Shown piece by piece: positions 55,901 to 64,000 of a stretch of DNA of 64,000 bases. Under the pieces are notes generated by a model. It made no database searches, had not been told where the DNA came from, and saw nothing but the letters and a program-made list of their open reading frames with translations. The DNA comes from Macrostomum lignano. Lineage: Eukaryota. Positions within the stretch are counted from its first letter, which is position 1. The number at the start of each line of letters is the position of its first letter. Location of the stretch: contig NIVC01001205.1 of NCBI GenBank assembly GCA_002269645.1, positions 186,001 to 250,000 on the forward strand, written 5' to 3'. The position numbers were made by a program, and so were the translations under genes.

Positions 55901-56874
55901 TTCCTGATACTGTCAGCTGACACCCCTGTCTGTGATCTTTTTTCGGTTATCTGACAACTAGCCACAAGACAACATTGTCACTGTTACCAGATACCTCGAT
56001 CCGTTCGCGACCTCCGTCAGAATACCTGACTCCTAGATATCCAGTCACAACCTTACCTTACACCCCCGGCCCCAACCCCGCTTAAAACCCGCGACAACCA
56101 CCCTAAACCTCACCAAACCAAATCAGAAGACCCCAACCCCAACCCCCAGGCAACCTCACCAACTGGTACTCAGTCGCCAGCCTCAAGACCGACGCTCACC
56201 TGTGGCACCGACTCAGCGACAGTCTCGACTATCTGCCCGACACCAGCCTGCTCAGAGCAATCGTTGCTACCCTGGTTGCTAAGGACTCAAGTCCAGAATT
56301 GCGCCATCTCTGTTTAGACTGCCTTCTCAGCTGCACAGAGCAGGGCCCCAACACCTCTGCACGGCCACTGCCACCCATGGACTGGGCGCCCGCGGTCCGT
56401 CAGCTGCTGCTGGGACCTGCCAGACGGGAGCAGGCGGTCCAGTGCAGCCTGGCGAAGTTGCTGACACGGCTGCTCCAGTTCGAGCCTCTGCCACCGGGTC
56501 TGCTGCCTCTGCTGCAGGACTGTCTGCAGCTGCCACTGCTGTCCTGCTGGTGCGTCAGCGCTGCCGGCCGTCTGCTGCAAGCCAGCGTGTCCAGTGCCGC
56601 TGTACACTCGAAACTGGACTCTGCATGCCGCAGCTTCTTGGCCCAGCAGCTGCTGCCATCGCTGCTGCATCAGGCAGCGCTGGGTAGAAGGCCCGGCTTG
56701 GCGAGATGCTTAGTCAGGGCTTATTGCAGACTGGCTGACTGCGGTCAGTTGGACTGTCAGACTGCTGGCTGGGTGAGGGAGGTCGCTGACTCACTGCTGC
56801 AGAGTGCTGACTCATTGCCCGATGGTGCTAGGGCACTTGCTGACCGACTTCTCCAGGCTGTGGGCTGCGAGTGA
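46746..56874 (+). CDS. FOCAD: Focadhesin (FOCAD/KIAA1797)-like ARM/HEAT protein, ~1602 aa; exons 46746-47119, 47815-48524, 49350-49953, 50683-51124, 51978-52236, 52986-53615, 54328-55392, 56150-56874
   Basis: Seven phase-compatible GT-AG junctions (4809 nt). Segments recall vertebrate FOCAD from memory: LWSRDDRLFSQLERLL, QSTLSRLAP, EQYQSF..LW, AALAALGNF, YLPDTS and LPPMDWA. Confidence 0.82.
47290..47770. repeat. ~30-bp minisatellite CTAGGGT(G/A)AGATTGTGAGATTCCCTACTGC in FOCAD intron 1
   Basis: About 15 units. Confidence 0.93.
48570..49330. repeat. ~38-bp minisatellite GTCACTGACAGGGAAGGACAAGAAAGGTCACAGCTATT in FOCAD intron 2
   Basis: About 19 units. Confidence 0.93.
50000..50620. repeat. Degenerate ~30-bp minisatellite CCTCGATTAC..AAATGTACTTTAAT in FOCAD intron 3
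   Basis: Tandem degenerate units. Confidence 0.85.
51150..51876 (-). mobile_element. tRNA-derived SINE with a Meta/V-type central domain, split by a hAT MITE (3' end approximate)
   Basis: Minus strand: GGTTGTAGCTCAGTGG (A box), GGTTCGATTCC (B box), GTGTCCTTAAGCAAGACACTTTTAAC, then the insertion, then TCTCTGCATTGCTTCAGTTCACCCAGCTGTAAAATGGG. Confidence 0.82.
51264..51765. mobile_element. hAT-type MITE containing a (CTCTC)n microsatellite
   Basis: CAGGGGTC...GACCCCTG termini; perfect 8-bp TSD GTTAAAAG at 51256-51263 and 51766-51773. Confidence 0.85.
52250..52955. repeat. (TCTG)n microsatellite in FOCAD intron 5
   Basis: Source of the LSVC/QTDR ORFs. Confidence 0.97.
53635..54310. repeat. Two adjacent GGGCGGAT-core minisatellites in FOCAD intron 6
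   Basis: GAGAGGGCGGATTCTGG units to about 54060, then GGGGCGGATCCAAGGACACA units. Confidence 0.92.
55410..55890. repeat. 15-bp minisatellite CTGACACCCTGACAT in FOCAD intron 7
   Basis: About 31 units. Confidence 0.95.
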
Positions 56875-57340
56875 TTTCTGAGTGACTTCTGAGTGACTTC
56901 TGAGTGACTTCTGAGTGACTTCTGAGTGACTTCTGAGTGATTTCTGGGTGACTTTTTAGTGACTTCTGAGTGATTTCTGGGTGACTTCTGAGTGACTTCT
57001 TGGGTGACTTCTGGGTGCCTTCTGAGTGACTTCTGGGTGACTTCTGAGTGACTTCTGAGTGACTTCTGAGTGACTTTTGAGTGACTTCTGAGTGACTTCT
57101 GAGTGACTTTTGAGTGACTTCTGAGTGATTTCTGGGTGACTTCTGAGTGACTTCTTGGGTGACTTCTGGGTGCCTTCTGAGTGACTTCTGGGTGACTTCT
57201 GAGTGACTTCTGAGTGATTTCTGAGTGATTTCTGAGTGATTTTTGAGTGACTTCTGAGTGATTTCTGAGTGATTTCTCGGATATTTTTGAGTGATTTCTG
57301 GGTGACTTTTGAGTGACTTCTGAGTGACTTCTGAGTGATT
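56868..57340. repeat. 11-bp minisatellite GAGTGACTTCT starting at the FOCAD stop codon
   Basis: About 40 units; the first is GAG TGA. Confidence 0.95.
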
Positions 57341-57714
57341 AATGTGTGATTTCTGATTTGCGAGTACCTCTAAGTGACTACATGTTACATTTGTATTCAA
57401 TTTTTCTTTCAAGCTCTCAGGACAGGCAGAAGCTGAACTTGTCTGTCCTGCTGACTTTCAGGGACATTTCTGCATTGCTTAAAGTAAAGTAGCCATTGCC
57501 AAGTATGCTGAATTCTGTTATAATTCTGATCAAACTGTAAATTCTAATTGCTTTCTTATCAGTGATGTTGATTTCGACGATAAACATTCGGTGCCAAATT
57601 TTAACATCGTTTCTTAAATTTTCATTGATTTTATTTTTTTATTTTTAATTCTTTTCCCTCAGAGATTAAACCTCAAATACACCACTCACAAATCTATAGG
57701 CCCACTACTCATAA

Positions 57715-58640
57715 CACGCCTGACACCCACTCTGAGCGCCAACTGACACCCACTCTGAGCACCACCTGACACCCACACTGAGCGCCAACTGACACCCACT
57801 CTGAGCACCACCTGACACCCACACTGAGCGCCAACTGACACCCACTCTGAGCACCACCTGACACCCACACTGAGCACCACCTGACACCCACACTGAGCGC
57901 CAACTGACACCCACACTGAGCCTCATCTTACACCCACACTGAGCACCACCTGACACCCACACTGAGCACCACCTGACACCCACTCTGAGCCCCACCTGAC
58001 ACCCAACCCTCAGCCCCATCTGACACCCAACCCTCAGCCCCATCTGACACCCAACTCTCAGCCCCATCTGACACCCAACCCTCAGCCCCATCTGACACCC
58101 AACCCTCAGCCCCACCTGACACCCAACCCTCAGCCCACCTGACACCCAACCCTCAGCCCCATCTGACACCCAACCCTCAGCCCCATCTGATACCCAACCC
58201 TCAGCCCCACCTGACACCCAACCCTCAGCCCACCTGACACCCAACCCTCAGCCCCATCTGACACCCAACCCTCAGCCCCACCTGACACCCAACCCTCAGC
58301 CCCACCTGACACCTAACCCTCAGCCCCATCTGACACCCAACCCTAAGCACCACCTGACACCCACACTGAGCCTCATCTGACACCCACACTGAGCACCACC
58401 TGACACCCACACTGAGCCTCATCTTACACCCACACTGAGCCCCACCTGACACCCAACCCTAAGCATCACCTGACACCCACCTGAGCCCCACCTGACACCC
58501 AACCCTAAGCACCACCTGACACCCAACCCTAAGCATCACCTGACACCCAACCCTAAGCATCACCTGACACCCAACCCTAAGCCTCACCTGACAACCAACC
58601 CTAAGCATCACTTGACACCCAACCCTAAGCCTCACCTGAC
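57715..58640. repeat. ~23-bp CTGACACCC-core minisatellite upstream of CPLANE2
   Basis: About 40 units in three sub-variants. Confidence 0.93.
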
Positions 58641-58720
58641 ACAGCATTGTCCGCAGATCCCGCAGCTGCCAGCAGCAACCGCAGTCTCCCCAGCGCATTG
58701 AAGGCATTCGGTGCAGCAGC

Positions 58721-60895
58721 ATGTACCACTGCGACAGAGGCTCGCACTTTCAATTCAACTGGCTGGCCTCGCAAGAGGGGGCGCCGCACCTGCAGGCCGT
58801 GTGGCCGCGGGGTCAGCCGAGGCCTCTGCAGTTCGCTTTGCTGGAGTCACCGCCTCAGCCTCAGCAGCTGGCAGCCGCTTGGCAACCCGCTGGGCCTTTC
58901 AAAGTGGCGGTGACTGGCCGGGCAGGTGTCGGCAAATCCGCTTTGATCAGCGCGCTGACAGGTGACAGAAATTTGATTGATTGGCGTTTGGGTGTTGGAC
59001 TGTTGGTTGGAGTAGCTGAGGTGTAGCTGAGGTGCAGCTGAGGTGTAGCTGAGTTGTAGCTGAGGTGCAGCTGAGTTGTAGCTGAGGTGCAGCTGAGGTG
59101 TAGCTGTGTAGCTGAGTTGTAGCTGAGTTGTAGCTGAGGTGCAGCTGAGGTGTAGCTGAGGTGCAGCTGAGGTGTAGCTGAGGTGTAGCTGAGTTGTAGC
59201 TGAGGTGTAGCTGAGGTGTAGCTGTGTAGCTGAGGTGTAGCTGAGGTGTAGCTCAGGTGCAGCTGAGGTGTAGCTCAGGTGTAGCTCAGGTGCAGCTGAG
59301 GTGTAGCTGAGGTGCACCTGAGGTGCAGCTGAGGTGTAGCTGAGGTGCAGCTGAGGTGCAGCTGAGGTGTAGCTGACGTGCAGCTGAGGTGTAGCTGAGG
59401 TGCAGCTGAGGTGTAGCTGAGGTGTAGCTGAGGTGTAGCTCAGGTGCAGCTGAGGTGTAGCTCAGGTGTAGCTCAGGTGCAGCTGAGGTGTAGCTGAGGT
59501 GCACCTGAGGTGCAGCTGAGGTGTAGCTGAGGTGCAGCTGAGGTGCAGCTGAGGTGTAGCTGACGTGCAGCTGAGGTGTAGCTGAGGTGCAGCTGAGGTG
59601 TAGCTGAGGTGCAGCTGAGGTGTAGCTGAGGTGCAGCTGAGGTGTAGCTGAGTTGTAGCTGAGGTGCAGCTGAGGTGTAGCTGAGGTGTAGCTCAGGTGC
59701 AGCTGAGGTGTAGCTGAGGTGTAGCTCAGGTGCAGCTGAGGTGTAGCTGAGGTGCACCTGAGGTGCAGCTGAGGTGTAGCTAAGGTGCAGCTGAGGTGCA
59801 GCTGAGGTGCAGCTGAGGTGCAGCTGAGGTGTAGCTGAGGTGCAGCTGAGGTGCAGCTGAGGTGTAGCTGAGGTGCAGCTGAGGTGCAGCTGAGGTGTAG
59901 CTGAGGTGCAGCTGAGGTGTAGCTGAGGTGCAGCTGAGGTGTAGCTGAGGTGCAGCTGAGGTACAGCTGAGGTGTAGCTGAGGTGCAGCTGAGGTGCAGC
60001 TGAGGTGTAGCTGAGGTGTAGCTGAGGTGTAGCTCAGGTGCAGCTGAGGTGTAGCTCAGGTGTAGCTCAGGTGCAGCTGAGGTGTAGCTGAGGTGCACCT
60101 GAGGTGCAGCTGAGGTGTAGCTGAGGTGTAGCTGAGGTGCAGCTGAGGTGCAGCTGAGGTGTAGCTGAGGTGTAGCTGAGTTGTAGCTGAGGTGTAGCTG
60201 AGGTGCAGCTGAGGTGCAGCTGAGGTGCAGCTGAGGTGTAGCTGAGGTGTAGCTGAGGTGTAGCTCAGGTGCAGCTGAGGTGTAGCTGAGGTGCAGCTGA
60301 GGTGCAGCTGAGGTGTCAATCTCAGCTAAGCCCCCACGCCCTTTCTCTCCCAGGCCGGTCCCCCAGCCCCAGCTGGCGGGAGACCCCCGGTCTCGCGGTG
60401 CACCGTCAGTTCTGGCCGTGCCGCCTTCGCCGAGCTGCCACCGCCGCCACAGCACCGGAGGAGCCGCCGCTGCTCTGCCACCTGCAGTTCTGGGAGGCCG
60501 GCGATGCGGCAAGCCGCAGTTTCGAGCACCTGCGGAACGAGCTTCGACTCGCCTGCGACTGCGTGCTGTTCGTGTTCAGCGTGGCGGACCGAGCTTCGGT
60601 CGCTGAGCTGCCGGCAGTTGTCCGCCGAACTCTTGACGGCGGCTCCGAAGGCGCCCCGCCGTGCGGCCTGCTGGTGGCGACCCGGCTGGACCAGCCCGAG
60701 GCTCAGGTGGTGAGCCGCGCTGAGCTGCTTCAGCTGGAGCGGGACTGCCGGCTGCCGTTGGTTCGATTCTCGCCGGACATGCCGTCCGAGTCCGCATGGC
60801 AACTGCTGACTCGGCTGTGCGAGTGCCTGTGGCACCGGCGGCTGGTGCTGCGGGGCTCCATTGAGACCTCTGTGCCAGGAGCTAGGGGGAAGTGA
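58721..60895 (+). CDS. CPLANE2: Ciliogenesis small GTPase CPLANE2/RSG1-like, 260 aa; exons 58721-58961 and 60354-60895
   Basis: P-loop FKVAVTGRAGVGKSALI, ETPG..FWP, FWEAGD, FVFSVADRAS, TRLDQ and LCECLWH. The N-terminal NW..SQEG..L..V resembles RSG1. Phase-1 junction. Confidence 0.88.
59010..60315. repeat. 11-bp minisatellite AGCTGAGGTG(T/C) in the CPLANE2 intron
   Basis: More than 100 units. Confidence 0.97.
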
Positions 60896-60914
60896 GGGGG
60901 CCTGTGGTCTCCGA

Positions 60915-61510
60915 GGACAGTGTGGGATTGAGGCAGTGTGGGATTGAGACTGTGGGATTGAGACTGTGTGGGATTGAGGCAGTGTGGGATTAAGACAGTG
61001 TGGGATTGAGACTGTGGGATTGAGACTGTGTGGGATTGAGGCAGTGTGGGATTAAGACAGTGTGGGATTGAGACAGTGTGGGATTGAGGCAGTGTGGGAT
61101 TGAGACAGTGTGGGATTGAGACAGTGTGGGACTGAGGCAGTGTTGGATTAAGGCAGTGTGGGATTGAGGCAGTGTGGGACTGAGACAGTGTGGGACTGAG
61201 GCAGTGTGGGATTGAGGCAGTGTGGGATTAAGACAGTGTGGGATTGAGACTGTGGGATTGAGACAGTGTGGGATTGAGACAGTGTGGGATTGAGACAGTG
61301 TGGGATTGAGACAGTGTGGGATTGAGGCAATGTGGGATTGAGACAGTGTGGGATTGAGGTAGTGTGAGATTGAGGCAATGTGGGATTGAGGCAGTGTGGG
61401 ATTGAGACAGTGTGGGACTGAGGCAGTGTGGGATTGAGGCAGTGTGGGATTAAGACAGTGTGGTATTGAGACAGTGTGGGATTGAGGCAGTGTGGGACTG
61501 AGCACTGTGC
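60915..61510. repeat. 16-bp minisatellite GTGTGGGATTGAG(A/G)CA
   Basis: About 37 units downstream of CPLANE2. Confidence 0.95.
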
Positions 61511-62539
61511 TGTATTGATAAAGGCTTGTGACTTTGTACATAATTGTTAGTAAATAATTTTAAACTTGGTTATGTATTAAAATAAAAATATGCTTATGCT
61601 TAACCCATTTGATGTGGAACGAAAGCAACTTGATCGGTTTTTGGCATTAATTGTCTTTATGATTTCTGCATTCGAGCAGCTGTTCCTTATTGCAGAATCC
61701 GTGATTGAGCTGCTGCGCCTCTGCACTGCAATGATAATTAATAAACCACCTGACACCTCCAGAGAGACCTTTGCAGAAGCTTTGGCGACTCGTTGCATTA
61801 CACGTTGCTAGTGTCCCTCAGATGAAATGGCGCCCCACATTAATTGAAATTTGGCCTGTAAGACAGCCTCAGTTATGACAAACCACAAATTCACAGAAAA
61901 ATTGACCTATTTTCAAGCTGCCGAACCATTTGCGCCAAAATGCTTTCTGTAGACCGATTTAGAAAAAGATGATTACGCAATGAATGCGGAACCAACTTCA
62001 GTGGGGAAGCCATTGCCTTGGTGTTTGACTAGGTTTTCACTGCCTTGATTGACTGGGCAACCACGTTGTCAGAATGCTCGACAATTTTAGGCATTGATCA
62101 GCTTGTACTTGTATCTGTAGCCGCTCCAATGCATGTATATTTGAGCTGCTTTTTGGCAGGCGAGTCGCTAATTTAATAATTATCTGCAATATAAAACAGC
62201 CTGTCACATGTGGTTCAAGCTGCCACACCTGCACCCCATTGCTCGTGAGAACTGAGCAGAGGCCGCCCAAATCCTTGTAGAGCTGAGCTTGAATTCTGCG
62301 TCAAGTTTGCGCCACTTTTGACACTGATTTGGCTGATAAAAACAGCAGAAAACAGAAAAAAATGTTTGTCTCTGAGCTGCTTCTGACAGCCCTGCTGCCC
62401 TCGATCTGCGGCAGCTGGCCTGCAGCAGGCGCCGAGTTCCCACCAGCTCGAGTGGATAAATACCGACTCGCGATACCTGCTCAAATCTGCAACTCAAAGT
62501 GGCCGCTCCAATCAGCGACTCCCATTGGCGACTCAGCAA

Positions 62540-64000
62540 ATGCAGCACCGCCAGCTACTCGCTGCCTGCCTCGCCGCAGCCACTGCAGCTCTGCTGCTCA
62601 CCGGCGCCGCCTCTGCTCAGTGTCCCGCACACGGCTGGACACACCGAGCTCACTCATGCTACAAGTGGTTCAGCGAGCCGAACTACTGGTTTCAGGCCGA
62701 GCAGACGTGTCTGTCTCACGGGGCTCAGCTCGCGTCCATCCAAAGTGAGCAAGAGAACCGACTGGTAGGCCGACTGTCTCACTGCAGAGACGCCTGGATC
62801 GGTTTGTTCGGCACCGACCTCGACCGTCTGGCCGACCCTACAAGCTACAGGTGGACGGACGGCGGCGGCGTAGGGAGCTTCGAGAGACACAACTTCTCTC
62901 AGCTGGACAGCGTTCACAAGCCTCTGATCCGAAGTGACGGTGAGTGGTGGCTCAACTCGCTGTATCACGAGCGGCACCCGTTTGTGTGCAAGTTGAGCGC
63001 CAACTCCAGCAGTCTCGTCGACTGGTGGTGGCGGTCGAAGGGCCGATGTCCCAGCGGCTGGTGGCTGCACGACGAGCAGTGCTACGTGATGCCGCAGTTT
63101 GAGGCCAACTTCAACGAGGCCAACTTCTACTGCCAGCGAAACTCGTCGCAGCTGGCGTCGGTGCTCACCCAGTCTGAGCTGGACTTTGTGAACAAGCTCA
63201 GCTTCGGAATCGACAGCTGCGAGTCGGCAGAGCTGCTCGACTCGGTGTGGCTCGGCCTCATCAAGCTGAACCCCTGCTTCCCTGACAGTGCGGGTCGCGA
63301 GCTCTGCTACCAGTGGACGGATTTCTCAGGGAAACACGACAACAAGCTGCCCGCATGGGAGACTGGACACCCGGACAGTGCGGACTGGACTGTGAACTGC
63401 GTCACGCTGTCAGCTGGTCGACTGCGCAGCGACAGGTGCCACAGCAGGCACAGGTTCGTGTGCAAGACGGAGGCGTCGGACGGGACCTCCACACCTGACG
63501 GAGGCGTCACCTCTGCACCTGACGGAGGCGTCACCTCTGCACCTGACGGAGGCGTCACCTCTGCACCTGACGGAGGCGTCACCTCTGCACCTGACGGAGG
63601 CGTCACGTCTGCACCTGACGGAGGCGTCACGTCTGCACCTGACGGAGGCGTCACCTCTGCACCTGACGGAGGCGTCACCTCTGCACCTGACGGAGGCGTC
63701 ACCTCTGCACCTGACGGAGGCGTTACCTCTGCACCTGACGGAGGCGTCACCTCCGCACCTGACGGAGGCGTCACCTCCACACCTGACGGAGGCGTCACCT
63801 CTGCACCTGACGGCGGCGTCACCTCTGCACCTGACGGAGGCGTCACTCCACCTGTGGACGACCTCGTGGCTGCGTTCGACTTCAGGAGGGGCCTCGACAA
63901 CCTGGTGGACCCGCGCACCTTCGCCATCGAGGACCAGTTCGGCGTGGAGAGGTCGGTAGATGACGGGGCCTGCTTCAAGTGGAATTCCAGTGCCAGTTAC
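62540..64000 (+). CDS. Secreted tandem C-type lectin (2 CTLDs, a 15x PDGGVTSA linker and the start of a further domain); 3'-partial
   Basis: Translated by hand: 487 uninterrupted codons. Signal peptide, then CPAHGW..CY..W..AEQTC..LASI..AWIGL..W.DG..FVCK, then CPSGW..CY..A..YC..LASV..VWLGL..W...C..C..FVCK. A TATA-like GATAAATA lies at about 62455. It is absent from the ORF track because there is no stop in the window. Confidence 0.92.
   Translation, partial: MQHRQLLAACLAAATAALLLTGAASAQCPAHGWTHRAHSCYKWFSEPNYWFQAEQTCLSHGAQLASIQSEQENRLVGRLSHCRDAWIGLFGTDLDRLADPTSYRWTDGGGVGSFERHNFSQLDSVHKPLIRSDGEWWLNSLYHERHPFVCKLSANSSSLVDWWWRSKGRCPSGWWLHDEQCYVMPQFEANFNEANFYCQRNSSQLASVLTQSELDFVNKLSFGIDSCESAELLDSVWLGLIKLNPCFPDSAGRELCYQWTDFSGKHDNKLPAWETGHPDSADWTVNCVTLSAGRLRSDRCHSRHRFVCKTEASDGTSTPDGGVTSAPDGGVTSAPDGGVTSAPDGGVTSAPDGGVTSAPDGGVTSAPDGGVTSAPDGGVTSAPDGGVTSAPDGGVTSAPDGGVTSAPDGGVTSTPDGGVTSAPDGGVTSAPDGGVTPPVDDLVAAFDFRRGLDNLVDPRTFAIEDQFGVERSVDDGACFKWNSSASY

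Noticed and set aside
2338-61541. Dozens of long low-complexity ORFs ([49 protein letters not shown] and others)
   Set aside because: They are open frames of intronic or intergenic minisatellites, often open in several frames. Flanking exons splice around them in phase.
61560-62330. Short ORFs and splice-like sites between CPLANE2 and the lectin
   Set aside because: No coherent frame or domain signal on either strand.

Overview
This is eukaryotic (metazoan) genomic DNA, not prokaryotic. It has GC-rich exons, GT-AG introns, and a private minisatellite in almost every long intron. That architecture suggests a free-living flatworm such as Macrostomum, but this is an inference. Most ORFs in the supplied track are artefacts of tandem repeats, so I rebuilt the gene models by hand from splice sites and reading-frame phase. 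(1) 1-16.3 kb is an innate-immunity-like cluster. It holds the last exon of a Mab-21/cGAS-like receptor (cGLR), an inverted pair of near-identical genes for an unknown ~76-aa secreted peptide, and a second cGLR that appears to splice in frame to 7-8 N-terminal ankyrin repeats. It also holds a stray copy of a C-type-lectin promoter and signal peptide, and a PAN-like plus fibrinogen-domain (FReD) gene on the minus strand. (2) 17-28 kb is an AT-rich stack of transposons: a tRNA-SINE, a 3.9-kb Mutator-like element, a solo LTR, MITEs and a hAT relic, most with readable target-site duplications (TSDs). (3) 28.4-60.9 kb holds five co-oriented genes that may form a trans-spliced operon: an unknown 1674-aa Ala/Pro-repeat zinc-finger protein, an ACBD4/5-like gene, DYNLT (Tctex-1), FOCAD and CPLANE2/RSG1. 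(4) From 62.5 kb to the window end is a secreted tandem C-type lectin that the ORF track misses because it runs off the window. The most notable observations are the ANK-cGLR cluster with its embedded peptide pair, and minisatellites that reiterate splice sites, start codons or stop codons. No database searches were run; all homology calls come from motif recognition.
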